DNA of 58,894 nucleotides, counting the filler. It is 5 parts of 5 records of this genome, joined end to end, with 100 filler letters (N's around TTAATTAATTAA, not from the genome) between each part and the next. Parts side by side here need not be neighbours in the genome. Positions count along the whole stretch, not along the records: positions 31,843 to 55,453 come from SRR20825010_7298; 4 more parts are not named here. The stretch is one strand, 5' to 3'. Every line of letters starts with the position of its first letter. The first letter of the stretch is position 1. The translations under genes and the position numbers were made by a program. Of this stretch, positions 40,242 to 50,758 are shown piece after piece. The notes under the pieces are model-generated. The model was not told the DNA's origin. It saw nothing but the letters and a program-made list of their open reading frames with translations, and did no database searches.

Positions 40242-40991
40242 CTAACGGTACGCGTCGATAATGCCGTTGAAGTCAGTGGCCTTTAGGCTTGCGCCCCCAA
40301 CAAGAGCACCATTCACATTAGGTGCCGACATCAGCTCTTTTGCGTTCGAAGGTTTCACTGACCCCCCGTATAAGAGCGAGAACCTCCTCCCATTTTCGCC
40401 AAACCGCTCAACGAGCGCATTTCTCAAGGCTGTATGAACTTCTGCAACATCGTCGGTCGTCGGGGTGCGGCCTGTCCCGATAGCCCATACCGGTTCATAG
40501 GCAACAATCATATTATCAGGTGTGGCGCTTTCAGGGATAGATTCTGCAAGTTGGCCAAGAACAACAGTCAGTGTGCTCCCTGCATCTCGCTCTGCTTCAG
40601 TTTCTCCAACACAAACAATGGCTCGCAATCCTTCAGATAGCACAGCGTTCGCTTTGGCGCATACAAGCGCGCTGCTCTCCCCATGATCAGCCCGCCGCTC
40701 GCTATGGCCCACAATAACATATTCTGCACCGGCATCACGCAGCATCTGTGCTGAAATGTCCCCTGTGTGAGCGCCGCTCGCCTTCGCGTGGCAATCCTGT
40801 GCACCGATCGCAATGCTCTCAGCGTTCATTGCCGCGAACGAGGAAATCAGGGTGTACGGTGGGCATATCAAAACATTACAGCCTGCTTCTGTACCCTCTT
40901 TCAGGAGCTTGGATAGTGTTTCAAGCTCGCTACGGCTTTCCGCCAAGCCATTCATTTTCCAGTTGCCAGCAACAAGCGCTGTAGGTTTCAT
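40242..40991 (-). CDS. tpiA: Triosephosphate isomerase
   Basis: [30 protein letters not shown] and LVGGASL. Confidence 0.98.
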   Translation of the reverse strand: MKPTALVAGNWKMNGLAESRSELETLSKLLKEGTEAGCNVLICPPYTLISSFAAMNAESIAIGAQDCHAKASGAHTGDISAQMLRDAGAEYVIVGHSERRADHGESSALVCAKANAVLSEGLRAIVCVGETEAERDAGSTLTVVLGQLAESIPESATPDNMIVAYEPVWAIGTGRTPTTDDVAEVHTALRNALVERFGENGRRFSLLYGGSVKPSNAKELMSAPNVNGALVGGASLKATDFNGIIDAYR

Positions 40992-41238
40992 ATTGGGCCT
41001 CTTTATTTTTTTGATGGTTTATGAGGCGTTGCTTAGCAAATTAGGGCGCGAATAACCAGACTTTCACAACACCAAACACCAATGCGTTCCCAAACAAACA
41101 GCTCGCAGTCTTACAATCCGCGATTTCCCTTGTTGCGGCGGCGAAAAAGCATGCTTATGATGCGCGCCCTAATGCGGGGAGTCATTCTCAGGCTATCCGA
41201 TAAAAATTGTAGCGTAATACCGACGGGAGCACGGGTGC

Positions 41239-43167
41239 ATGCTTTTCAATCTTCGTGGGGCTTTGGACTCCATTTTTGTTAAAGCCCTTTTAGGCGTTTT
41301 GATTGCCGCATTTGCGATCTGGGGTATAGGCCCCGGCATGCTTGCGGGAAGTACTCGGATCGTCGCCAAAGTCGGAGAAACCGACGTACCGACCCAACAG
41401 TTCGCAAACGCGGTACAACGCCGTGCGACCCAACTGCAAACGCAATTCGGTGGGCAAATGAATACGCAAGAGATCATCCGATTGATGAACCTCGACTATC
41501 AAGTGCTCAACCAGATGGTCACTGACGCTGCGATTGAGGAGAACCTACGTGAAATGGGCTTCCGGGCAACAGAAGCGCAATTGGCGGACGACCTGCGCTC
41601 CTTTGAAGCTTTTCAGGCTCCTGACGGTAGCTTCAGTGTGGATATGATGGAACGTGCACTGCAAAGTGCAGGTTTCTCGAAAGCTGAGCTTTATGCCGAC
41701 TTGCGCCGGAACATTTCACGTGAACAGCTTCTCAACAGCATGGCGAGCACGGACCTTCTGCCGCGCGCCATGGCGGAGCAACTGTTTGTTTGGCAGGCTG
41801 AGCGTCGCCGTGCGTCCATGATCAACATCTCCGCGAGTGACATTACGGATATTGCAGAAGCGAGCGAGGAAGAGCTACTGGCAAACTATGAAGCTAATAA
41901 AGCGTCATATATGACGCCTGAGCGCCGCAGCTATCGCTACGTAATGTTAACGCCTGCTCAGTTCACTGACAAAGTAGACATTACTGAGGAAGATATTGCC
42001 GCCGCTTTTGAGACCCGCCGCGACGAGTATGAACAGCCTGAACTGCGCGCACTTCAGCAAGTAAGCTTCCCAACTGAAGAGGAAGCGCAAGCATTTCTGC
42101 AACAAATCGCCGCCGGGGCAGATTTTGTTGAGGCTGGTGCAACTGCAACTACCTTTACAGCTGAGGAAATCGACCTTGGGCAAACAAGCAGGAGTGACCT
42201 CGCTATCAGCCTGGATCAGACCACAGCCGAGGCAGTTTTCGCGCTTGAAGAAGGCGCGACATCGCAGCCACTAGAGGGCATTGCCGGTTGGAATATCTTT
42301 AAAGTCACAGGCATTACACCGGGCGTTTCCACCACGCTTGCGGACGTACGAGGCGAACTTGAGGCTGCGCTTCGCGAGGAACTGGCGGTAGACCTGATGT
42401 TTGACTTCTTACCTGACCTTGAAGATGCTATCGCGGAAGATGGCGCCTTGTCTCCTGTCGCCAACAAACTGGACCTCACATTGGCTACGGTGACATCGGT
42501 CGATGCTCAAGGCAAAGGGCCTTCTGGCACCCAACTCGTTACCCAACAAAACGAGTACATCGTGATGCAAGACGCATTCCGTCGTGACCTCGGTGTTGAA
42601 GCACAAGTCACAGACCTGGACCCGCAGGATAACACTAAAGGTGTCTATCTTGTTGAGTTAACCGAAGTTCAAGAGCCTGCTGAACGGGCCTACGAGGAAG
42701 TAGCCTCACAGGTACGTTCAGCATGGGAAACTGAAGAACGCCAGCGCCGTGCTGGTGAAATTGCCGAGCTTGCCAAGACCCGCCTGCAAGCTGGTGAAGA
42801 CCCTGAGGTTGTTGCTCAAGAGCTCGGCGGCACCTCATTTGACGCTAAAAACGTTAGCCGTACGGCTGAGGGCAGTTCTGGTCTTTCCCAAAATATTCGC
42901 CGTTTGATTTTCGAACTTGGTGTTGGAACAGTGGATGCAGAGCGCGCAGCCGATGGTAACGGGTACGTGGTTGTACGTGTAAACGGTGTAATGCCGGGTG
43001 AACCAACCGCCAACCCTGAGGCTGTTGATACCTTATACGCACAGTTGGTTGAGCAAACTCAGTCCGAGGTTTTCGAGCAGTATCAGAGCTACCTTCTCGA
43101 TAAATACGAGCCAGAGATCAAAACCAACATTGTCCAACAACTTTTCCGTAGCGACGTAGATCAGTGA
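41239..43167 (+). CDS. ppiD: PpiD/SurA-like periplasmic chaperone (peptidyl-prolyl isomerase domain)
   Basis: N-terminal TM (LIAAFAIWGI), SurA-N-like region, PERR and parvulin-like DLG...VFAL. Conserved position between tpiA and trpE. Confidence 0.85.
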   Translation: MLFNLRGALDSIFVKALLGVLIAAFAIWGIGPGMLAGSTRIVAKVGETDVPTQQFANAVQRRATQLQTQFGGQMNTQEIIRLMNLDYQVLNQMVTDAAIEENLREMGFRATEAQLADDLRSFEAFQAPDGSFSVDMMERALQSAGFSKAELYADLRRNISREQLLNSMASTDLLPRAMAEQLFVWQAERRRASMINISASDITDIAEASEEELLANYEANKASYMTPERRSYRYVMLTPAQFTDKVDITEEDIAAAFETRRDEYEQPELRALQQVSFPTEEEAQAFLQQIAAGADFVEAGATATTFTAEEIDLGQTSRSDLAISLDQTTAEAVFALEEGATSQPLEGIAGWNIFKVTGITPGVSTTLADVRGELEAALREELAVDLMFDFLPDLEDAIAEDGALSPVANKLDLTLATVTSVDAQGKGPSGTQLVTQQNEYIVMQDAFRRDLGVEAQVTDLDPQDNTKGVYLVELTEVQEPAERAYEEVASQVRSAWETEERQRRAGEIAELAKTRLQAGEDPEVVAQELGGTSFDAKNVSRTAEGSSGLSQNIRRLIFELGVGTVDAERAADGNGYVVVRVNGVMPGEPTANPEAVDTLYAQLVEQTQSEVFEQYQSYLLDKYEPEIKTNIVQQLFRSDVDQ

Positions 43168-44681
43168 GTCCAAGCCTTGACGCAAATTCCCTCTCCTTCG
43201 AGGCACAAATAAACAAGTATCAGGTCGGCGAAGGCCAAGTTGCCTCAACTACCATTGTGGCAGACCTTGATACACCGGTTTCCGCCTACCTGAAGTTAAG
43301 CGTTGGCGAAGAATATTCCTGCCTGTTGGAATCTGTAGAAGGTGGAGAAAACCGTGGGCGTTACTCAATCATTGGGCTCCGCCCTGACATCGTATGGCGC
43401 GCTGAGGGCGATAAGGTAAGCATTCGCAGAAACGCTCTTACAAACCAGACCTATGAGCAGCTTTCACAAAAGCCGCTGGAAAGCCTCAGGGCTTTACAAC
43501 AGGAAAGCCTGATCGACCTGCCACACCCGTTGCCGCCGATGGCCGCCGGCATTGTCGGCTATATGGGCTATGACATGGTTCGCCAGATGGAAGACATCGG
43601 CGATGGGAAGCCAGACCCTTTAGGCATGTCCACTTCTATATTCATTCGCCCAACTGTGATGGCAATTTTTGATAGCGTCACCAATCTGATTACGTTGGTC
43701 ACGCCTGTACGCCCTGACGCGGATGTCGATGCACACCAAGCCCTGCAGAACGCAGACAGGCGCCTTGAAGAGATGCTAGAGCGACTAGACAGCCCCCTGC
43801 CCCTGAACGCTTCTATTGCAGCGCCATCAATCGAAGACGCAAGCTCAAACACTTCTCGAGAGCGCTTTTTTGATATGGTTGCCAAAGCACAGGAATATAT
43901 TCTCTCTGGCGACATTTTTCAGGTTGTGCTTAGTCAGCGATTTTCGATGCCGTTTGAATTGCCGCCATTTTCACTCTATCGGGCCTTACGGCGCACCAAC
44001 CCTTCTCCGTTCATGTATCATCTTGCGTTCGAGGATTTTGCTATTGTGGGCTCCAGTCCAGAGATACTCGTACGGCTCAGAGACCACGAGGTAACGATCC
44101 GCCCAATCGCTGGGACCCGGAAGCGCGGTAGCAACCCAGTTGAAGACGCTGCACTTGCAGACGACCTTTTAGCCGACCAGAAGGAACGTGCGGAACACTT
44201 GATGCTCCTTGACTTGGGGCGCAATGACGTTGGACGTGTGGCAAAGCCAGGCTCAGTACGTGTTACAGCGCGCGACACGATCGAATATTATTCTCATGTC
44301 ATGCATATCGTCTCCAACGTCGTCGGAACCATAGATGGAAGATATGACGCCATAGATGCCTTATCCGCGGGCTTCCCAGCTGGCACTGTTTCAGGCGCCC
44401 CCAAAGTCCGGGCTATGGAGATCATTGATGAGCTGGAAGTTGACGCACGTGGCCCTTACGCTGGCAGTGTAGGCTATTTTAGCGCCAACGGCGCGATGGA
44501 CACTTGTATCGTACTCAGAACCGCTATCGTGAAGGATAATGTTATGCACGTACAAGCAGGTGCCGGCATCGTTGCAGATAGCACGCCCGAATCTGAGTAT
44601 CAGGAATGTGAAAACAAGGCACGCGCACTGGTTGCTGCGGCCAAAGAGGCCCTACGTTTCGCTAAATCTAACCGCGGCTAA
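43164..44681 (+). CDS. trpE: Anthranilate synthase component I
   Basis: DTPVSAY, LLESVEGG..RGRYS, GDIFQVVLSQR, NPSPF, PIAGTR and AEHLMLLDLGRND. Confidence 0.96.
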   Translation: MSPSLDANSLSFEAQINKYQVGEGQVASTTIVADLDTPVSAYLKLSVGEEYSCLLESVEGGENRGRYSIIGLRPDIVWRAEGDKVSIRRNALTNQTYEQLSQKPLESLRALQQESLIDLPHPLPPMAAGIVGYMGYDMVRQMEDIGDGKPDPLGMSTSIFIRPTVMAIFDSVTNLITLVTPVRPDADVDAHQALQNADRRLEEMLERLDSPLPLNASIAAPSIEDASSNTSRERFFDMVAKAQEYILSGDIFQVVLSQRFSMPFELPPFSLYRALRRTNPSPFMYHLAFEDFAIVGSSPEILVRLRDHEVTIRPIAGTRKRGSNPVEDAALADDLLADQKERAEHLMLLDLGRNDVGRVAKPGSVRVTARDTIEYYSHVMHIVSNVVGTIDGRYDAIDALSAGFPAGTVSGAPKVRAMEIIDELEVDARGPYAGSVGYFSANGAMDTCIVLRTAIVKDNVMHVQAGAGIVADSTPESEYQECENKARALVAAAKEALRFAKSNRG

Positions 44682-44706
44682 TGCTTTCACCAGTACTTTC
44701 ATCAAG

Positions 44707-45759
44707 CTATCGTGCCGTTTCAGCGCCATGACGTCCTGCCTCCTGCGCGGCCACGACCTGGCTTAGCGGTACCAGTGATATCTTCTTTTCTTTCAGCGTT
44801 TTCTGCCACTTAGTTAGCGTCTCTAACGTAATGTCATATGGGTGACCTATCGCTACAGCGTAGCCCCGTATCCGCGCAATACGCTCAAGTTTCTCGAGTT
44901 GCTCTTCGATCGCGCCTTCTTCACGCACGTTGTCCAAAAAGATGTCACGTGAAATATAAGGCACGCCGGTTGCCTTGGCGGCTCGAACACCAACACTTTT
45001 AGGAGAGGTCAGGCTATCAAGGAAAAGATGGCCGTTTTGGCGCAGTTTCATCATGACACGCACCATAGCACCCGCATCTTCTGTTAACTCACTACCCATG
45101 TGATTGTTTACACCAACATAGCCATCAAACTGGCTCAGGTTCCAGTTTACACGCCGTTCAAACTCTTCCTGACTAAGCGAAGAAAGCAGCGCGTTTGAGC
45201 CCGGATCCGTTTCTCTGTTTTTCGGCTGCATCGGCAAATGTACCATAAGCTCGTGTCCGGCAGCCTTCACATACCCCGTTTGCTCAGGCAGGTTGTCTGC
45301 ATACGGGAGGTAAGCCAGCGTGTACGGACCCGGCATGGCCGTCAAGATAAGGGTCGCATTTTCAGACAGCCCAAGATCGTCAATCACCACAGCAACCACA
45401 GGGTTTTTACCTGCCTTATTCCATACAGCTGCATTGAGCCGCCATGCAGGTACGGCCTGAATTGGAACAATATTATCGAGGTCTTCGATGGGAACCTGAG
45501 CTTGCTCTTCACCGTTCATCGACTGAAGTACCGCAACAACATTGTCTGATGGCTCACCTTCAATTGAGGCGGCCGGCGGCAAAGTATCGCTCTGCAAAAC
45601 TGAATACAGACCATATGAAGTAACACCGACAACTGCTATATAGACATATATGGCGGCTCTCTTAAAGTTCGCCCACGTAAGCTTGCTGAAAATGTTACGG
45701 CGATCATTTTTTGAACCCGTATTTAGTTTTTTTTGCCTGGTCACTCTACGCTTCATCAC
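44707..45759 (-). CDS. Divergent polysaccharide deacetylase family protein (YibQ-like)
   Basis: VVIDDLG, HELMVHLPMQP, NNHMGS, FLDSLT, RDIFLDN and AIGHP; N-terminal TM helix. Confidence 0.9.
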   Translation of the reverse strand: MMKRRVTRQKKLNTGSKNDRRNIFSKLTWANFKRAAIYVYIAVVGVTSYGLYSVLQSDTLPPAASIEGEPSDNVVAVLQSMNGEEQAQVPIEDLDNIVPIQAVPAWRLNAAVWNKAGKNPVVAVVIDDLGLSENATLILTAMPGPYTLAYLPYADNLPEQTGYVKAAGHELMVHLPMQPKNRETDPGSNALLSSLSQEEFERRVNWNLSQFDGYVGVNNHMGSELTEDAGAMVRVMMKLRQNGHLFLDSLTSPKSVGVRAAKATGVPYISRDIFLDNVREEGAIEEQLEKLERIARIRGYAVAIGHPYDITLETLTKWQKTLKEKKISLVPLSQVVAAQEAGRHGAETAR

Positions 45760-45806
45760 TTCTACAAATTCGAGGCTTTCACAGGCTTAAAACACCCAGT
45801 CCGCCA

Positions 45807-45834
45807 TTGACATTCCTCTCGAAAGCCGCATTGT
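45807..45834 (+). promoter_or_regulatory. Putative sigma70 promoter for trpGDC-moaC-moeA
   Basis: Perfect -35 TTGACA (45807-45812) and a weak -10 CATTGT at a 16-nt spacing. Confidence 0.45.
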
Positions 45835-45865
45835 CCAATTGTTTCAAGAATCACGGGCGACCACA

Positions 45866-46441
45866 ATGTATATTCTGATCGATAATTACGACAGCTTTAC
45901 CTATAATTTGTACCATTATCTGGTTGAATTAGGGGCAAAAGTTGACGTTATCCGCAACGATCAGATTACTGCTGATGAAGTTATTCAAAGGGCACCAGAT
46001 GGTATCATCATCAGCCCTGGCCCCTGCACCCCAAATGAAGCCGGAATCTGCCTTGAGCTAATAGAAAAAGCCAAAACCAGCATCCCGATCTTGGGCGTCT
46101 GCCTTGGGTTTCAGAGCATTGGGCAGGCGTTTGGCGGCACCGTATGCCGCGCACCCTACGTTATGCATGGTAAAACCAGCCATATTATCCATAATGAAAA
46201 AGGTATATTTACCGGGTTGCCATCACCCTTCGACGCTACACGATACCATTCGCTCATTGTCGAGCGCTCCACCTTACCAAGTTGTCTTGAGATCACAGCC
46301 GAGACGGAAGATGGTCTCATCATGGGCCTGCAACATAGAGAATATCCGCTCTTTGGGGTGCAGTTCCATCCCGAAAGCATCGCATCCGAACACGGACATG
46401 CCGTGCTGAAGAACTTTATAAACTATTGCGAACAGGCTTAG
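45866..46441 (+). CDS. trpG: Anthranilate synthase component II
   Basis: [26 protein letters not shown] and QFHPES. Confidence 0.95.
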   Translation: MYILIDNYDSFTYNLYHYLVELGAKVDVIRNDQITADEVIQRAPDGIIISPGPCTPNEAGICLELIEKAKTSIPILGVCLGFQSIGQAFGGTVCRAPYVMHGKTSHIIHNEKGIFTGLPSPFDATRYHSLIVERSTLPSCLEITAETEDGLIMGLQHREYPLFGVQFHPESIASEHGHAVLKNFINYCEQA

Positions 46442-46445
46442 AGAA

Positions 46446-47483
46446 ATGTCAGACTTACGCCCTACACTCGCCCTGCTTGCTGAGGGCCACCACCTGAGCG
46501 CTGAGCAGTCTCAGGAAGCTTTTGAAACAATCATGTCTGGCGCCGCTGACCTTGCGCAAATGGCTGCCTTTATCATGGCGCTCAGGGTACGTGGCGAACA
46601 GGTAGATGAAATTGTCGGTGGGGCCCGTGTATTGCGCGCAAAAGCTGATAAAATTGAAGCTCCATCTGGGCATATCGACACCTGTGGTACAGGTGGCGAC
46701 GGAATAGGCACCTATAACATATCCACAGCTGCCGCCCTGGTTGCCGCCGCAGCGGGAGCACCGGTTGCAAAACACGGTAATCGCTCGGTATCGTCAAAAT
46801 CGGGATCCGCCGATGTTCTGATGTCACTGGGTGCAAACCTTGAAATGAGCAAAGAAGCCAACGAAGAAAGTCTTCGCAAGTTTGGCTTCGCATTCATGTT
46901 TGCACCAGCTCACCACAAGGCCATGCGCCACGTTGCTCCGGCCCGCGCATCACTTCAGTTGCGTACGATCTTTAATCTCTTGGGCCCGCTTGCCAATCCA
47001 GCGCAAGCTCGACGGCAAGTGCTTGGTGTGTTTGACAGAAAGTGGTTGCGCCCCATGGCTGAGGTGCTCAAAAAGCTTGGTAGCGAGCATGTATGGGTCG
47101 TCCACGGGAGTGATGGTTTGGATGAAGTCACCACGACAGGTGCGACCCATGTCGCAGAACTTAAAGGCGGTACCATCAACGAGTTTGATATCGAACCGGG
47201 CGATGTCGGCCTAACCATCGCCAACCTTGACGACCTTAAAGGCGGTGACGCAACTGTCAACGCTCAAGCAATACGAGATTTGCTGGCTGGCAAGCCATCC
47301 GCCTATCGTGATATTGTTCTCATGAACACCGGAGCTGCATTAGTTGTCGCAGGCAAAGCTGATAGCCTTAATGCTGGCGTCACTATGGGTGCTGACGTGA
47401 TCGACAATGGTGCTGCGGCGCACCGGCTGGACGAATGGGTGACTTTTACGCAGCGTCATAAGCCGGAGCCCTTAGATGCCTGA
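46446..47483 (+). CDS. trpD: Anthranilate phosphoribosyltransferase
   Basis: DTCGTGGDG, NISTA, KHGNRSVSSKSGSAD, RTIFNLLGP and DGLDE. Confidence 0.97.
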   Translation: MSDLRPTLALLAEGHHLSAEQSQEAFETIMSGAADLAQMAAFIMALRVRGEQVDEIVGGARVLRAKADKIEAPSGHIDTCGTGGDGIGTYNISTAAALVAAAAGAPVAKHGNRSVSSKSGSADVLMSLGANLEMSKEANEESLRKFGFAFMFAPAHHKAMRHVAPARASLQLRTIFNLLGPLANPAQARRQVLGVFDRKWLRPMAEVLKKLGSEHVWVVHGSDGLDEVTTTGATHVAELKGGTINEFDIEPGDVGLTIANLDDLKGGDATVNAQAIRDLLAGKPSAYRDIVLMNTGAALVVAGKADSLNAGVTMGADVIDNGAAAHRLDEWVTFTQRHKPEPLDA

Positions 47484-48273
47484 CATTCTTGCCGAAATTT
47501 GCGACCGCAAGCGTGATCACATTGTGGAGGCTAAACTTTCCGTTCCACTTGGCGAGCTTGAAGTCATAGCAAAGAATGCTGAAAAACCCAGAGGCTTTAT
47601 ACAGTCGCTAAAAAACGCCCGCACTGCAGGACGTTACGGCTTTATATGCGAAATTAAAAAAGCAAGCCCGTCCAAAGGCCTCATTCGCCCAAATGACTTC
47701 GATCCTGCCACACTCGCCGCTTCATATGAGAGAGGCGGTGCAAGCTGCTTATCCGTATTGACCGACATTCCCTATTTCCAGGGACATGATAGCTATCTCG
47801 TTGCTGCCAAGGCCGCCTGCAAGATCCCTGTACTCAGGAAAGACTTTATGGTCGACCCATATCAGGTCGTCGAAGCTCGAGCGCTGGATGCTGACTGCAT
47901 ATTGCTGATCATGGCCGCCCTTGATGATACGCTGGCTCTCGAGCTTGAGAGCCTGGCACATCAACTAGGCATGGACGTACTTATCGAAGTTCATAACCAG
48001 CAAGAGCTTGACCGTGCTCTAAAGCTTCAAAGCCCGCTTGTAGGGGTAAACAATCGAAACCTGAAGACCATGGAGGTCTCATTAAATACGACACTTGAAC
48101 TTGTACCAACCTTCCCTAAAGATCGTATAGCTGTTGCAGAATCTGGTCTAAAAACGACGGATGATCTAGCCTCGTGTGAAAAGGTCGGCGCAGGCTGCTT
48201 TTTGATAGGCGAAACATTTATGCGCGAGCCTGACGTCGAAATAGCGGTCAGAAAACTCCAGAAAGCGAGCTAA
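47476..48273 (+). CDS. trpC: Indole-3-glycerol phosphate synthase
   Basis: EIKKASPSKG, LSVLTD, LRKDF, GVNNRNL and AESG. Confidence 0.97.
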   Translation: MPDILAEICDRKRDHIVEAKLSVPLGELEVIAKNAEKPRGFIQSLKNARTAGRYGFICEIKKASPSKGLIRPNDFDPATLAASYERGGASCLSVLTDIPYFQGHDSYLVAAKAACKIPVLRKDFMVDPYQVVEARALDADCILLIMAALDDTLALELESLAHQLGMDVLIEVHNQQELDRALKLQSPLVGVNNRNLKTMEVSLNTTLELVPTFPKDRIAVAESGLKTTDDLASCEKVGAGCFLIGETFMREPDVEIAVRKLQKAS

Positions 48274-48277
48274 AAGG

Positions 48278-48760
48278 ATGAGAAAACTCAGCCATGTTGA
48301 CGAAAAAGGAGCGGTTCAGATGGTGGATGTCGGCTCCAAAGATGTCACAAAACGAACGGCTATTGCTCAGGCGATTGTCCAAGCAAAAAGCGAGACTCTT
48401 GACCTTATTTTCAGCGACAAACTCCCTAAAGGCGACGTCGTTGCAACCGCCAAACTAGCCGGTATCATGGCCGCTAAAAAGACCAGCGATCTCATTCCAC
48501 TGTGCCACCCATTACCAATCTCTAGCGCCAATATAGATATTAAGCGCGAGGGTGCAGAACATATCGCCCTCTCGGCGACCGTACAGGTTACTGGAAAAAC
48601 AGGTGTAGAAATGGAAGCCTTAACCGCAGTAACTGTGGCAGCGCTTACGCTATATGATATGGCTAAAGCCGTCGATAAAGGCATCTGCATTCAGGAAGTG
48701 AAGCTACTTATGAAAGAAGGTGGAAAATCCGGGCGTTATGAAGTGGCTGCGACATGTTAA
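48278..48760 (+). CDS. moaC: Cyclic pyranopterin monophosphate synthase
   Basis: MVDVGSK, KGDV, LIPLCHP, TGVEMEAL and YDMAKAVD. Confidence 0.97.
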   Translation: MRKLSHVDEKGAVQMVDVGSKDVTKRTAIAQAIVQAKSETLDLIFSDKLPKGDVVATAKLAGIMAAKKTSDLIPLCHPLPISSANIDIKREGAEHIALSATVQVTGKTGVEMEALTAVTVAALTLYDMAKAVDKGICIQEVKLLMKEGGKSGRYEVAATC

Positions 48761-49947
48761 GCGTCGAAAAAGCCTTCGATAATATTATCGGCTCCGCCAA
48801 ACCGCTTACAACTGAAAGGCTTGGCGTTGAAAAGACCTCAGGTAGGATTCTAGCCGCGCCCATAGCAGCGCGCCGGTCACAACCGGGATGCGCGATTTCT
48901 GCGATGGACGGATATGCCGTAAGAAGTGTCGATCTAGATGGGAAAATGCAGTGCTTCGAGGTCATTGGTGAAAGTGCGGCTGGAAAGCCATTTCAGGGTG
49001 TAGTGGTCGCCGGGCAAACTGTTCGCATCTTCACTGGCGCCGCTGTTCCTGAGGGGGCAGATCAGGTCATTATTCAGGAAAATACCGACCTTCGTGAAGG
49101 AAACATGTATTCCCGAGAAACGCCGACGTCGCAGAAAAACATTCGGGCAGCGGGCATCGATTTTGCTGATAAACAATGTGTTTTGGACGCTGGCACCTTC
49201 CTAACTCCAAAAGCTATTGGCCTCGCGGCATCAGCGGGACATAGCCATCTCATGGTTCATCGCGCACCTAAGGTCGCTATCCTCTCCACCGGAGATGAGC
49301 TTGTTGCCCCGGACCAAAAACACTTCCAACCCTTTGAAACGGTTAACAGTACCGCACCTCAGATCATGGCTCTGCTTTCCAGTGCTGGAGCGGAATGCTC
49401 GTTTTTAGGGCAGGCTAAGGACGATTTGCCTTCTTTGCGCAAATATATCAAAGCAGCCGCAAACGCAGACATATTGATCACAATCGGTGGCGCATCCGTC
49501 GGGGATAAAGATTTAATACAAAAAGCTTTATCAGATGAAAACATGGAGCTCGGCTTCTGGAAAGTGGCAATGCGCCCGGGTAAACCGTTAATAAGCGGCC
49601 AGATCGGAAAAACCAAGGTTCTGGGGCTTCCCGGCAACCCGGTGTCCGCCTTTGTATGCGCCCTGCTCTTCGCTCGCCCACTTGTTGATAAGCTCATGGG
49701 GCGCCCGGCACCGCTGCCCACCGGTGTACCTTTGCCGCTAGCTGCATCCATGCCGCAAAACGGCTCACGTCAACACTATGTGCGAGCTCGGCTCATCGGT
49801 CATCCCGGTGAACGTAGAGTTGACCCCGCTGTTGACCAGGACAGTAGCCTATTGAGTGTGCTGGCGCAGTCAGACGGGCTTATTATTCGCGCGCCCGACT
49901 GCCCCGCCTCATCTGCCGGTGATCTAGTCCCGTTCTTGCCATTCTAG
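48754..49947 (+). CDS. moeA: Molybdopterin molybdotransferase
   Basis: SAMDGYA, RIFTGA, STGDEL, GGASVG, MRPGKP and LPGNPVS. Confidence 0.96.
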   Translation: MLSVEKAFDNIIGSAKPLTTERLGVEKTSGRILAAPIAARRSQPGCAISAMDGYAVRSVDLDGKMQCFEVIGESAAGKPFQGVVVAGQTVRIFTGAAVPEGADQVIIQENTDLREGNMYSRETPTSQKNIRAAGIDFADKQCVLDAGTFLTPKAIGLAASAGHSHLMVHRAPKVAILSTGDELVAPDQKHFQPFETVNSTAPQIMALLSSAGAECSFLGQAKDDLPSLRKYIKAAANADILITIGGASVGDKDLIQKALSDENMELGFWKVAMRPGKPLISGQIGKTKVLGLPGNPVSAFVCALLFARPLVDKLMGRPAPLPTGVPLPLAASMPQNGSRQHYVRARLIGHPGERRVDPAVDQDSSLLSVLAQSDGLIIRAPDCPASSAGDLVPFLPF

Positions 49948-50012
49948 ATAGAATTGGCACCAATATCATTTCCAAACGCCGTTTTGTTCTCCTTGACAAG
50001 CATCCAAAAGGT

Positions 50013-50038
50013 GAACTAAAAGAGAACATACCGAAAAC
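50013..50038 (+). promoter_or_regulatory. Alphaproteobacterial LexA (SOS) boxes in the lexA promoter
   Basis: GAAC-TAAAAGA-GAAC (50013-50027) plus an overlapping GAAC-N7-AAAC (50024-50038). -35 TTGACA at 49993-49998. Confidence 0.85.
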
Positions 50039-50057
50039 AAAACGGTGGAGGCACTCG

Positions 50058-50747
50058 ATGCTCACAGCTAAACAGCAGCAACTTCTTTTGTTCATTCAGA
50101 AACGCCTTTCTGATAATGGTGTTTCTCCATCTTTTGACGAAATGAAGGATGCATTGGGCCTTAAATCCAAGTCAGGTGTTCATCGATTGATCAACGCTCT
50201 CGAAGAACGTGGTTTCATCCGCCGCATGGCTAACCGTGCGCGAGCGCTTGAAATACTAAAAATGCCGGACAACCAGACCGTTGAAAAGGCGAAAGAAAGC
50301 AACGTTATCGCTCCAACATTTGGCCAGCAGCACAAAAAACCCTCAAAACCTCAGCAAGACTATGGAGTTGAAATTCCACTGCATGGACGCATAGCAGCAG
50401 GCACACCCATCGAAGCCTTGGAAAATCGCGATAGTTTTGTCTCCATCCCACCCCATATGCTGGGGCGTGGAAACTGTTACGCCCTTGAAGTATCAGGAGA
50501 TTCCATGATCGAACTCGGCATATTAGATGGCGATACTGTTGTTATCGAGAGCGCCGATACTGCCCACGATGGTGAGGTTGTTGTCGCGCTAGTCGACCGC
50601 GAAGAAGCAACCCTCAAAACCCTGCGCCGCAATGGACAGTTTATAGAGCTCGTTCCTGCAAACCGTGAATATTCAACCCAAGTGTTGGAAGCTGGGCGAG
50701 TGCAAGTTCAAGGTCGGCTTGTTGGCCTTCTACGTCAATATCACTAG
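50058..50747 (+). CDS. lexA: SOS repressor LexA
   Basis: [27 protein letters not shown], cleavage site IAAG, catalytic GDSM and ATLK. Confidence 0.97.
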   Translation: MLTAKQQQLLLFIQKRLSDNGVSPSFDEMKDALGLKSKSGVHRLINALEERGFIRRMANRARALEILKMPDNQTVEKAKESNVIAPTFGQQHKKPSKPQQDYGVEIPLHGRIAAGTPIEALENRDSFVSIPPHMLGRGNCYALEVSGDSMIELGILDGDTVVIESADTAHDGEVVVALVDREEATLKTLRRNGQFIELVPANREYSTQVLEAGRVQVQGRLVGLLRQYH

Positions 50748-50758
50748 CTGAAGTGACG

